A program made the translations under genes and the position numbers. A model generated the notes under the pieces. That model searched no databases. It was not told where the DNA came from and saw only the letters and a list, made by a program, of their open reading frames with translations. DNA of 64,000 nt from Cycas panzhihuaensis. Its lineage: Eukaryota; Plantae; Cycadophyta. The stretch spans positions 204,979,741 through 205,043,740 of the forward strand of contig CM041465.1 of the NCBI GenBank assembly GCA_023213395.1, given 5' to 3'. Below, in pieces: positions 1 through 12,119 of the stretch (position 1 is the first letter of the stretch; each line of letters opens with the position of its first letter).

Positions 1-843
1 CTCTAGTGAGTTATGATAATCCATACAGCTGAAGAAACATGTAATTTGACGTGCTTGTCCACTGTGATCAATATCATCAGATTTCTATCTCAAGCGGAAA
101 CTTCCAATTAGAAGGATGAGTACAGACTTCCCCTTTTTTGTTTGGAGGATTCTTCATGTACACAGGGCTCTCTTGCAATCTGGGCATCATTCACATGCAG
201 GGAGCCTCTTACTATGGGTGCTTCATATTAATACAGCCAGAACCTTTATTGATGACAACCTCCCTTTTGTCTTATATTACCGAGTTACGTTTTGCATTTT
301 AGGCTCACAATAGAGTAAACTCTAAACAACAGATTTTCTCCAACAATGCTAGGGCTACATAACAAGGGAAAGGAATGATATTAGCCGGTAAAATTCTTGA
401 TTTGTATTAGCAATGGCCTTGAGACTTCTTTTTCAATTCGATCTCCAATCTAGCAATGACTTGATGGTCCCACCTCACTTTTGTCCTTTATTAAACTTCT
501 CCTCTCTCAATCTTGTTCTGGAAGAAAGGCCTGCTCTGATACCATGTTAAATTTTAATATGGAAGGCATCAATCACAACATACACCACAAGACCGATAAC
601 CAAACATAACCTTCATTTCATTAATATGAGCATAACTCTAATACATCAAGGACTCAATATGAGTTGCTATGATGACTTGACTTTTATATTACCTTCAGCC
701 ACCTTTATATATGGAATAGGTGAGAGGGTATACATCAAAAGTAATGCATGTGGGACTATTGCTTTTACCCAAACTGACTTAACTAATGACAAATCACTCT
801 AATACTATTGACCCTAAGACTCATTAAACATTATATTCTAACA
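1..843 (-). mobile_element. 5' end of an LTR retrotransposon (LTR 545-843, PBS 533-544) inserted into the RT of a gypsy element; continues beyond window start
   Basis: GCTCTGATACCA at 533-544 is TGGTATCAGAGC (tRNA-iMet PBS) on the minus strand. It abuts a ~300 bp TGTTA...TAACA-bounded segment. The gypsy RT reading frame (838-1116) breaks exactly at 843/844. Confidence 0.75.
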
Positions 844-3500
844 AAGACATATTCTTTTGGTAACATTTATAAGGGAAGCTGATATGTGGGCATAACTCTT
901 GACAAATTTCCTATAAAAACACATTGCTCCAAGAAATGTTCTCACTTTGGACACATTTTTTGGTGTTCGCCATTCCAACATAGCCTGGATCTTCCTTGGT
1001 TCCACTTTGACACCCTCAATTGAAATGATGCGACCCAAATATTCTAGTTCATACCTTCCGTATGTGCATTTGGCCTTCTTTGCAAATGGAGCATTATCTT
1101 GTAGAATTTGAAGCACCTATTTGACATGTTGCACGTGTTCTTTCCAACTTTTGTTATAAACCAACTTGTCATTAGAGAACACTCAAACAAACTTCCTAAG
1201 ATATGGTCAAAGTACCTTGTTCATTGTGGCTTGGAATGTTGCGAGAGCATTTGGTAGTCTAAATGGCATCACCCTGAACTCGTAGTGGCCTTCATGTGTG
1301 TAGAAAGCTATCTTAGGTGTGGCCTTGGGTCTTATTCAAATCTAACAATAGCTTGATTGAAGATCAATCTTGTTCAAGATTTGCGCTCCATGCATTTCAT
1401 TCAAGAGATCTTCTATACAAGGGATGAGAAATTGATTCTTGATAGTGGCATGCGGTTAATGCACATCCTAAATGATCCCTCCTTCTTGGTACCAAGATTA
1501 TTGGTGCTGCAAATGGGCTCTTGCTTGGTATGATGGTGCCTTGATCCAACAGTTCTTGAGTCCATTTTTTCGTCATAGCCTTGTGGTGATATGAATGCTT
1601 ACAGGGTTGAGCATTGATTGGAACTTTACTTGGTTCAAGCTCAATGATGTGCTTCATTCCATAATTAGGTGGTAATTCCTTTGGTGGATCCTCAAACACC
1701 TTTGGGAAGTCACTAAGAACTAACTATATTTTTGGGTGAGCCTCTAAATTTGTTGGAATTGAGTTGCCTAGCAATTGGCAACATACCCCTATAAGGCCTT
1801 CTTTAATATCTTCTCCCCTTAATGGGACAACAGTAGATGATTTGGTGGTGTGGGTGGAGTTTGCAACTTCTATTATTTCCTATTTTGGCAAAATATCATG
1901 AACACTCTATTGTAATTTACGATGAATGTTCTAAGTGTTCTTAATCATTGGGCCTCGAGGACTACATCTACCACCCCAATTGGCCTAGCAAAACTTAGAG
2001 ATTCTAGAGCATAGTTAGAGACTGTTAGACATACCTTTGTGCATAGGCCCTTATATGGCATAGTTTTGTGTTTTGTTATGGATAGTTGGAATTGCTTGTG
2101 TGGTGTAATATACAAATCAACTTGCTTGATTGTCTTTTGGTTAATAAAATAATGAGTGCTACCTCCATCAACAAAATTGAAACCTTGGTATTCTCGATGC
2201 AGCCTTCTAGTTTAAGTGTTTTCAGGGTTGAGATCACTCCTATCATTGCTTGCAGGGATGTTTGGACATTTGAAGTGTCCAAATCCACTTTGAGGGATAT
2301 TGCGTGCTGGAATATGACACAAAACTCAGCCTCTACATTATGAGCTTGGTACTGTGCTTGTTTGAAATTTGGTAGTTGCAAAGATTTTAATTTGAATCAA
2401 ATATTTTCTTTATGACCTTCTAAATATGGTTCTAATGAAAAAAAAATTCACTCGACTGTATTGGTAGCATGCTTTGTAGATTCTAGAACTCATGTATATT
2501 ATTGTATGGAGCTTGATTGTTGAAGCTTGGTTAATCATGAGAAGAATTTTACTTCCAGGTGTCTTTGTATTGCTCACATAGTGCCAATTTGAAGAGTGAT
2601 CAGTTGAACTCAGTGCAATGCTCATAATCCTCCTACTTCCACATAAACCAATGGAGAGCTTTATTGCTCAGATGTAGTGATGCAAATAAAGTTCTATTTT
2701 TTTGAATTGGAGTGGATATCAAAGTATGTCTCCATCTTTGTCAACCAAGACCTTATATCCTTACTTTTATTTAGATAAAAAAGTTTTAGATATGCCTTCA
2801 TATTCTTGAGATAGTGGTTCCTTGTGCTGGATTTTGAGGTTACTTTTTTTCCTGTTGGACCATACTTCCTTCTACTATAGTATCATTTGATTTTACTGTT
2901 TCTTCTTGTTTATGAATTTGTTGCTAAATTAATTTTGTGAGGTTGTCTAAGCAAACACAAGAAAGTTTTCACAAAGTTGCCTATAATCACAACATTGTAG
3001 TGATCAAGATTATCTTGGAGTATTTTCAATGAGTCTAAAGGATTCTTTGGGGCCATCTCCCCAAATTTAAGTTGTTGTAATAAGAATTTTAAATACAGAA
3101 ACCTATCTTTTGATTGTTGCTTCTTAATTTTTTAGAGCAAAATCATATTCATGTGTTGTCCTAAATTTTTGAGTGTAGGATTGTTGGTTTGTAATTACCG
3201 TCCTTGATTTTCCAAGTGTTGGCAACAAAAATCAGATCTAAATCACTGTTGTTTTTTCCCTTTTTTTGCTTGTTGGACTAGTATTAGGGGCCCATAATGG
3301 GCCTTTGATACCACTTGCAATAACCCAAAGGGGGTTACTTGCTATTATAACAATAAATGGCACTATGTAGAATTAGAGTAATAAATGACAAGTTACAATA
3401 GTGAATGACAAGGTAACAACATTGAATAAAAGATTACAAGAATAAATAACAATAGTACAATAGTAAATATTAGTAGTACGATAGGAAATAAAAGATGAAG
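844..3500 (-). mobile_element. Degenerate Ty3/gypsy (chromovirus-like) fragment: partial LTR, PBS, gag, protease, RT
   Basis: ORF 1397-1699 (PKELPP..HIIELEP..PSKSPFAAPIILV) and ORF 838-1116 (LEYLGRIIS.EGV..PRKIQAMLEW..PKNV..VRTFLG...YRKFVK) are gypsy RT motifs. ORF 2076-2381 covers the protease region. PBS-like GCCTTTGATACCA at 3301-3313. Confidence 0.85.
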
Positions 3501-3503
3501 GGG

Positions 3504-6231
3504 AAAATTTGGATCTATCTCATAAAGGAGAAATCCTAGACCTTCAACATTTTCAAGGAGCTCAAGGTGAAAGTGGAGAACGAAAGTCGTCAGAGGTTGA
3601 AAATTCTTAGGTCAAGTAATGGGGGAGAATACACCTCCAAAGTCTTTGTCTAGTCTTGTAAGGACCATGGGATAAAAAAGTAGTTAACTACAACATAGAC
3701 GACTCAACAGAGTGGAGTTGCTAAGAGGATGAATATGACTTTGGTCGAAAAGGCCAAGTCGATGATGAAAGTGAGAAATCTTTCAAAATCTTTTTGGGTT
3801 CAAGCTATTTGCACAATAGCCTATCTGACCAATAGGAGTTTGACAAAGGCTATCTGGAACATGGTACCAGAAGAAGCTTGGTTAGGGAGAAAGCCAACAA
3901 TGAGCCATCTCAAAATCTTTGGGAGCACTGCATACATGCTTGTTCCAAACGAGAACTGTTAGAAATTTGATGATAAAAGTTCTCAGTGTATCCTTGTCAG
4001 GTATAGTGAAGAAAGTAAAGTGTACTAGGTATTTGAGTTGGCAACCGGGAATATGCATACAACTTGGGATGTTATCTTTAAATAAGGTGATAAACATAAT
4101 GTTGGCCTGGACACTTTGAAAATTGGCAAGACAGAGGGAAAAAGATTGAGGAATAGCCAAAATCTATTTCTTCAAGGCAATAATTTGTTGAGCCAAAGAC
4201 TAAGCAAAAGCCAAACTAGTGCATCAGCTAAAGCTGAATTGGAAAGTGAGGAGGAGGAGTATCAAGATATGCTCAGGAATCACAACTTGAAGTGCAACCT
4301 AAGGTTGCTCCACGTACCAAGAAAGTTCCCAAGCAATATTTGAAAAACACAGCAAAAGCTTAGTTACCCAAGATTGAAGGGAAACGAAAATCGAGGATGA
4401 GACCTAATACAATCAACTTTGCTTTGATGGTAGATGTGCTTAATGCTAATGAGCTTTCGAGTTTTGAGGAGGCCTACCATGAGTAGAAGTGGAGAACAAT
4501 AATGGATGCTAAAATTCGTATTGTGAGGCAAAATAAGGCTTGGGACTTGGTTGAATTGTGAGTAAGCAAGCATGCAATTGGATGCAAATGGGTCTATAAG
4601 ACCAAATTCAAATCTTATGGCTTAGTTAATAAATTCAAAGTTAGACTAGTTGTAAAAGGGTTTCAAGCAGACATAAGGCATCGATACTAGGAGACTTTTG
4701 CTCCAGTAGCAAAGATGGTGATGATTAGACTAATACTGACAATAATTGCTCAGTTCAAATTGCATTTATATCAACTTGATGTCAAGAGTGCTTTCCTGAA
4801 TGAAGATCTTGTAGAAGAAGTCTATATGGAGCAACTACCTAGGTTTGTTGCTAAAGATAGATAACACCTTTTATGCCACTTGAGGAAAGCTTTGTATGGC
4901 TTGAAGCAGGTTCTAAGAGCCTGGTAATCGAAGATCGATCAGTATTTTTTGAAGAATGAGTTTGAGAGGTTGTCAACAAATCCAAATCTGTATATTAAGG
5001 CTGAAGGTGAACATTCAGTCATCTTTGTGGTTTTGTATGTGGACGATCTTATGATTACAGGTAATGATATCACAAAGCTTGAAGACCTAAAGGATGATCT
5101 CAAGAAAAATTTTTAGATGATAGATCTTGGACTACTCCACTACTTTTTGGGAGTAGAAGTATGGCAAAAACCTAGGAAAATCATGATTTCACAAGCCAAG
5201 TATGCATGGGAGATTTTGAAGAAATTTAGAATGGAGGATTACAAACCTACTCCAACCCCCATGGCATCAAGTTTAAAATTGTCAGGTCAGGATGATGGAG
5301 ACCAAATTGATGGCACTACATGCAAGTAGTTGGTAGTTTGATTTACTTGACTACAAGTAGGCTTGATATTTTCTTTGCAGTTGGTATGGTTTTGAAGTTA
5401 ATGGCAGGCTCAAAGCAAAGCCATTGGAAAGCTGCAAAGGGGATCCTTAGATATTTGCAGGAAACTATGCACTATGGATTGAAGCTCAGCCAAAACAACA
5501 ATTTCAAGTTGAAAGGGTATTTAGGTTTTGATTGGGTGGATGTACTGACCAACAGGTTCACTTCAAGTTACTGCTTTAGTTTGAGTTTAGGTGTTGTCTT
5601 TTGGAGTAGAAAAAAGCAGTCTAATGTTGCATTGTCTTCCACTAAAGCAGAGTAGAAAGATGTAGTTGTAGCCATTTGTGAGGCCATCTAGTTGAGACAG
5701 GTCTTTGGTGATCTGTGACTTCATCAGGATGAGGTGATTACTTTGTATTGACAATTAGACTACATTGAAGATTGCCAAAAATTTGGTGTCCCACACTCGC
5801 ACTAAACACATTGAGGAGCATCACCATTTCATCCGGGAGTAGAACTGTAATGGAGAGGTTGAGCTCTTGCACAAGCCTACTAAAGAGCAACTAATGTTTA
5901 CATTGTTAGGGTTGTGGGTCCTGGCAGGTTTAGTGAGTTATTGATTAGTTGGTGAGTCGCATGGTCATCGTTCAGTTGGTGGCACGTCTAGGAGTTAAAT
6001 TAGGTCTTTAATAGGCATGTAACAAGCGTTGGGGTGGTTATAGGTCATTCATGGACTGTTACCGATCTCGCTTGTATATATTTGTATACCTGTTTATACA
6101 TGAGCATTTGAGTATTTAGAATGAATAGAAAAAATTGAAGGTAGACCAATTCTACTTGAAAATTTGGTGTGTTCGCATTTTTGTTTTGGCTTATTCTTGG
6201 TTCAGTCACTCACAACTATTAGATTTAGACA
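3504..6231 (+). mobile_element. 5'-truncated degenerate Ty1/copia: integrase, RT, RNase H, probable 3' LTR from 5904
   Basis: KIWIYLIKEKS*TFNIFKELK at ~3504; ORF 3729-3962 (integrase: FW..AI.T.AYL.NR, SHLKIFG); YVDD at ~5036-5047; ORFs 5117-5329 and 5320-5655 (RT/RNase H, SSTKAE); RTKHI at ~5800. TGTTAGG at 5904 is a putative LTR start; its end is uncertain. Confidence 0.88.
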
Positions 6232-6236
6232 TTTTG

Positions 6237-6915
6237 TATTGGCTTACATTTGACCTAACATAAGCTTCAAGTATTCAGTGTGCAATCACTTAGGTAGTCC
6301 CCTCAATCCTTACATGTGGTATGTCCCGTGGTGCAGACTTCTCATTAGCAGTTTTGGAGTAGAATGTGTTTCTTGTGGATCCACTTCCACAGTCTCCATC
6401 ACAGCTGCATCTTTTCGATCTCTTGGGTTTCTTCTTGTGAATCGACATTATTGTGAATTGCGGGTCTGTGTTTGGTTGTCACGACACTATTTTCTAGGTT
6501 TAGCATGTTCAATTCTTGCTTGTTCTTGGTTGTTGGGCAGTTGCTTCTCACATTAGACTACTTTTGTTTTTCTAGTTTGAGCTTGGCCTACATTGGGCAT
6601 AATCTAAGCTTCAAATATTTAGTGTGCAAAAACTCAGAATGTCCCCCAACTCAGACGTGGTATGTCTCTTGTTTGTAGACTTCACATTTGTATTTTGGAG
6701 AAGTATGTGACTCTTGTGGATCCACTTCCATGGTCTCCATCATCACTGTCCCTTCATCTCTCAAGTTTCCTCTTTCGAATCAACACTCTTGTATTGTGGG
6801 TGCATGTCTGGCAATCATGATACAATATTCCAGGTTTGATGTGTTAAATTCTTGTGTTGTTGAGGGGTTGTTCTAGATGTTAGCCTGCTTTTATTTTTCT
6901 AGTTTGAGCCGGGCT
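6237..6915. repeat. Two-copy diverged tandem duplication, unit ~345 bp (6237-6582 / 6583-6915)
   Basis: Collinear shared blocks: TAAGCTTCAA..TATT.AGTGTGCAA, GTGGTATGTC, TCTTGTGGATCCACTTCCA, GTCTCCATCA, TTTTTCTAGTTTGAGC. Confidence 0.8.
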
Positions 6916-7120
6916 GTCTTTGTCCTTATGCATTTCATTTCCCTAGCCTACTAAAGGTTTTCTATGGTATCCATTTTACCCGCATGCCAAACTGCCCTCA
7001 GTTCATTAATATGACTTTGAGTTCATTGTGTATCATTTTTCCATTCTCACACTTGTCTATGATTGGCATTTTGCATCTGCAACTGAAAGACCTAATGCTA
7101 TGTTCTAAGCCTGGTTGTAA

Positions 7121-9236
7121 TTTTTTCTTTTTTGTTGGAGAATATGATTATATTAATTGGAAACATTAAAGTCATTATACAACAAGAAAAAAAGTAGGAG
7201 AGAAAACAGCGTCCCTTCCATTTGCCTGCATGACAGAAATAACAACAAAAAGAAACAAAAAAAGAAAAAAGAAAAACCCTCAAAAGGTGTACAAAAGCTA
7301 AAAGTATTACATCGTCACATGACCTAAAAGAGGCTTGAGCATATTATAATTGCTCTCACCCATGGTCGACTTGGGGAGAAGCTGTGTAACACTCCCAGCC
7401 TTTATTGCTTTTGTCTATAAGTGTCCTTGCTAAGCTTCCAGCTCTTTCATGGACCTGTGTAGTCTTCTACTCCTTACCCTTTTAGCTGCCCCAGCTGACC
7501 TATATCCTAGAGGCTAATGGTTTCCTCTGTTGTGGTGGAGAATTCCACTCCAGCATAGGAGTCTGACTATTTCTAGAATGGCTTCTCTTGCAAGATTAGC
7601 TATGCTGTCTTTCCTGTTGACGTGAATTGCCATTTTTAGGAGGGACTTTTGACATGCAGTGGAGCCTTAGTGGTCGATCAATTCTTGCAGGTGAGTGGGT
7701 TCCTCCCGTAACTTCTTGGTATATGCACTAATTTGTATCACACATCTAGGCAATGCAAATAGAGCCATCTCATTAGTAAAAATAGCCTCTAGAAATTCAT
7801 TCTTTAAAAAACTTGCATTTAAAATATTCCAAATGCAATATAATATTTCAATCATGAGCATTTCCCATGCTTGGAAGAAGGTGCGAGAAAATGCCTTGTT
7901 GTCCCCTAGCATAACTGCGTTCCAACCGAGGTTCTTAGCAATGACTGGCCATGTGAACTCACATAGCCAGCTCTATGTTAACTTGGCAGGTGGGCACTGC
8001 CAGAGTAAGTGCATTAGAGTTTCTAGCTTGTTACAAAAAGTACATGGCATATCAAATTGGCTGATTCGGCAAGCTTAAATTTAGCCACCAGCTGATTATG
8101 GAAAAGAAACCAAGTAGAAAATGCCTCTTTGGGTTCTATCGAGCCTACCATAGCCTTTGGAACCTTTGCAACCACACTTGCTCACCGCATTTAATATTTC
8201 AAATGTTGTTTAGCCTGTTAGAAACATGTTTGCCTTGAGCAAGCAGCTTGAACATATGTGAAACCCAGAATTTAGTGAATGATTGGGGCTGGTGCCATGC
8301 TCAATCTTTCCAACATTTAAGGTTTCCCATCATGGCCAGGTTGGGGATTTGTGTAGTTGGACAACAATTCCATGCCTCTTCAATGATGAATTTGTAAGCG
8401 GGTTTAAGGCTAAATTTTCGTTTGACCTCATTCCAAGACTGCCACCATCCCCTAGTCTTGTCAAATAACTGGCTGATAAATGTCAGTAATTTCTTATTCA
8501 CTCCTTTGGCTTCAAACCATGGAATTTTCCCTAAGCAACGTCCATCTGTCATTAATAGAGGCAACCACCAAACATAATGATTACTAAATGACAAACCTTT
8601 CCTTGGTTTGTCACCTTGCCAATTAAGGAGCTTCTTACAATCCTCCCATGCTCCCCAAATGGATTTAAGGATAGGGGAACCTGTTATTTTGATTGGGCTG
8701 GTGGGATTAATGTAGTGTGCATGGTTAGAGGAAACCCACTAAATTCCCAAGGTTTAGCTTGGGCCATGTTGTGTCTGATTTGGATTTTCCAGGCTTTTTC
8801 CCTATCAACAGCCCTTACCAGCTACTTGGCACAAAGGGTTTGGCCTTGCAATTTAACATCAATAAGACTGAGACCCCCATTATCCTTTCTTCTGCAACAA
8901 ATCTGCAAATTGATGTGGCTAAATCCTTTCCTCCCTTTTCCATTGGACCAAAGGAAGGTTTTGTGGAGTTTCACCAACTTATTATATGTGGCATTAGATG
9001 GTGCCTAGCATGAAGGAATAGTATACAGAGGTTGTTGCAAGCACCTTGGAGCAAACTTGATATCTGGCAGCCAGCAATAGGTATCTAGATGACCAAGAGA
9101 TGAGTTTTCTTTCCACCCTGTTGATCACATATTCCCGTATGTTAGAGAGAGACCACCAAAGCCAAAGGGGATGGCCAAGAATTTGAACATTTCCCTTGAT
9201 TTATTCTAGGACCAATTATAATCCTTTAGCCATTCT
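7121..9236 (-). mobile_element. 5'-truncated L1-clade LINE (ORF2 C-terminal part) with poly(A) tail and ~15 bp TSD
   Basis: Minus-strand translation gives FKFLAIP (YLGIP-like), RVERKLISW, KDNGGLSLIDV and YCIWNILN, typical of plant L1 ORF2. T-tract 7121-7133 is the poly(A). Flanking direct repeats TGGTTGTAATTTTTT (7112-7126) and TGATTGTAATTTTTT (9237-9251). Confidence 0.85.
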
Positions 9237-9259
9237 TGATTGTAATTTTTTATTGGGTG

Positions 9260-10680
9260 TTGATAATTTTTTAAAAACTTTGGCAACAACCCTCTAAAAG
9301 GAGACTTATCATTGTGTGATCACCATACATCCTATAAGTTGATTCTATTATTGTAATCCCTAACAGCTTCACCATGCATTTGTCTTATATTTTGTAGGGC
9401 TTGGTAAATTAATGAGATCACTTAAGACTTGGAATGTATCTAGGAAGAGCTCTTGTAGCTCCTTCCAAGGTTGGTTAGAGGAACAAATGTATTTGTACCA
9501 CGTTGATGCTGCACTCTACAATGTGGAAAAGAATCTGTGTTTAATCGTTCCCTTGTCTATATCCTTTTTTAATTGAATCCGATTACCGAGTAAAGATTTA
9601 CAATTGGATAGATTGCCAGTTGTCATCCTATATCATGTAGTAGGAGGCATGATCAGTGAAAATGAGCATTAGATTAAAATTGCTGTTTCCACTATTATTG
9701 CCTGCATTGTATTTTGTTTTTTTTTGATATCTTCCCCATTGTTTCCACCACTATTTCTCCCATGATTTCCATCCATATTTCCTCTAATGACATTTCGGTG
9801 AACAATAGGTTTTTCAGGCAGACAGAGGGATGTGCTTTTTTTAGCACCTTAGATAATATTGATGTTGCAGTGTTGATTCTAGTTGTTCCTCCCTTAACGA
9901 TTGTAAATTATCTAACAGGATGGTGAAGGAGTCTTCTGCAGGCATAATGCTATGCTTTGAGCCAATATACTTTGGCTTGTCTACCTCTGAAATTTCAGTA
10001 ATGAAGTCTGATTCTCTCTTGAAGTAATTGTCTAACTCCAAGTATAGTTCTTGTTTTCCTTTTGGGAATCGCCCCATATGATCCAACTTTTGTCCTCGTT
10101 AACTCTCTCACTGCTTCCCCTGGGCCTTCCTTTCTTCCATTGATGCATTGATCCCTTCCCCTGCAATATCTCTATTTGCCTTTTTGTTATTGTCGTCAGT
10201 TTCAATTGTGGTAAAACTCAATTGGAACTTCAGGTAATTGTCTGTTGTTCTGCCCACCTTTCCTTATCCCATCAGGCTTTATGCACTTGTTGGGATTCTG
10301 GCAATGGCTTCGTTAAATTCCATTATGTGCAGGGCCAGGGCCTTTCGTGGTTTTTAGTCATTGTATTTCCAAGGGATCTTGCTTCAGTTTGTCTGGTCTC
10401 CACTTCAGTCTTTTGTGTTTGTTGAAAGGTGTTACAATGTCTTCGTTGCCATGGAATCTCTCTGCATTGGTTTCTCTAGTGGGATACTGGGCATTTTAGG
10501 CAAGCGAACCAGTGTTGCACATGTAAATGCTACTCAGTTCACACTGCACAGATCTGAACGGCTAATTTCAGTTTATCTGATCGCTGCACCAAGGCCTCAC
10601 TCTTATTGCACTCCACTTGAATACAGTATCATTAGCCATGCATGCATCAATGACTCATAACACATAAATTGGGCAAACAC
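9260..10680 (-). mobile_element. Decayed gypsy-type gag remnant
   Basis: Minus-strand 9340-9580 reads ...AASTWYKYICSSNQPWKELQELFLDTF...QNIRQMHGEAVRDYNNRI, matching the Retrotrans_gag signature. The upstream part (ORF 9841-10086) is only coding-like, and boundaries are approximate. Confidence 0.6.
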
Positions 10681-10689
10681 TAGATTATC

Positions 10690-11100
10690 AATAGGTATTC
10701 ATGACTGGAGGTTGTCTCACAACCCTTTGCTGAACAAGAGATGATACGGTGGCCCTCACCTCTTCAATGGTAGAAAAATCATGTATATATACACATTCTA
10801 TGTACCAGCTGATCCAAATGACGCAACCGGTTATTACAATTATTCTTTGGTTAACAGTAATTACCAGCATTTGCACATTCCTATTACATTATCTTCGATG
10901 TTGAAATCCTAATTACAAATACCAGTGGTATTCTCATAAATCACAATCACGTATGGATTTCCCATAAACTGGCACCTGTTACCGTCAAGGCTACCTATCT
11001 CTGCTTATCAGCGGGCGACTGCTTCCTAAGCTGGGGGACTGCTGGCACTTGTAAACATGTGGGCTATTACTCTGTATAATGGATAGTCTAATGTTGAAAT
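10690..11100 (+). mobile_element. Possible 3' end fragment of a Tat/Ogre-like element (integrase tail, PPT-like tract, LTR start at ~11050)
   Basis: AAGCTGGGGGACTGCTGGCACT|TGTAAACA parallels the AAGCTAAGAGGGGCACT|TGTAAT junction on the minus strand at 51715. Weak integrase C-terminal similarity at 10690-10800. Confidence 0.35.
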
Positions 11101-11532
11101 CAATTGTTTGTTTGGTGTTAATTTTTTTTTGTCTACAATATGTCTCTACCAACAAATGTATCTTTGGTCCATATCTGTTGTACATAAGCTCATATTGAGG
11201 TGCGCTTACATTTTTGTAAAGCTTGTAAACCTTTTTTGCTGATGCATATTTTGTGATAGTCTGGTTTCCATCAATTGAGCCTCAATTTATTTTGAAGATC
11301 CTAAAGTCTTCTAAGCTTCTATACTCTCATTTTTTATAAGAAACCAAATTCTTTGGAATGACAGAAATGCAAACACGAATTGCATATTGAAATTTTTTTT
11401 CGAGCCTTCAACCTTGTCCATGCTTTCGTGTGATGGATGGGGTGCATTAGGAGCAAAGTCTCACTTTAATGAAGTGAGGGTGACTAATTGTTGACCACAT
11501 CCACAAAATGCATGGGGCATTTGCCAACTCTC

Positions 11533-12079
11533 TGTGAAAATAGGCCAAAGGATTAGAATGCCTAAGACTTACAAAGCCAAGATCTTGAAGATAATTCACC
11601 TCTAGTTCTAAATGACATAAGATCAAAAACTTAGATAAACAAGATCAAGGAAGCAAGATGATACCAAGATGTGAGGAGGAGGAATTAGTCCTACTCCAAA
11701 GAATACCAATTGATTAGCAAAATGGTAGTATAATATTACACATCAACTCTACATGTGAGACATAAGGAGAGGTCTCAATATATAGAGTAACTGAGGTTAC
11801 CTAACACCATTGGATGTTTGCCAAGTGGCAAACATCCAAGGTACATGCAATGCATGGCTTGCATGTCATGCATGAGGGACATGTGTCCATTAGGCTCTCA
11901 AGTGAGCCAAAAAGCATGAGGGTCCATTTGACCCTTTAGTTACAATGTTATGTCACTAGGATGAAAGTGGGTGTGCACTTTATCACTTAAGTGATTAGTC
12001 ACCCCATAAAGTACAAAATAATGAATAAAAGAATAAGAGAATAAAGTACATACTTAACATGTAAACATAAGGTTTAACA
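11533..12079 (-). repeat. 3' LTR of the copia element
   Basis: Near-identical to 20835-21383; followed on + by CCCCTCCTTAC (PPT on minus). Confidence 0.97.
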
Positions 12080-12119
12080 CCCCTCCTTACTGTTTACAAT
12101 GTTAAGCTGGACACCAAGA

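Noticed and set aside
3316-3549. Apparent complete TG...CA LTR ending at TTCAACA 3549
   Set aside because: 3504-3549 translates as copia integrase (WIYLIKEKS*TFNIF), so the CA end is fortuitous.
5904-6260. Solo LTR bounded by TGTTAGG...CCTAACA
   Set aside because: There is no TSD, and the CCTAACA lies inside the first unit of the adjacent tandem repeat, so the right boundary is unsupported.
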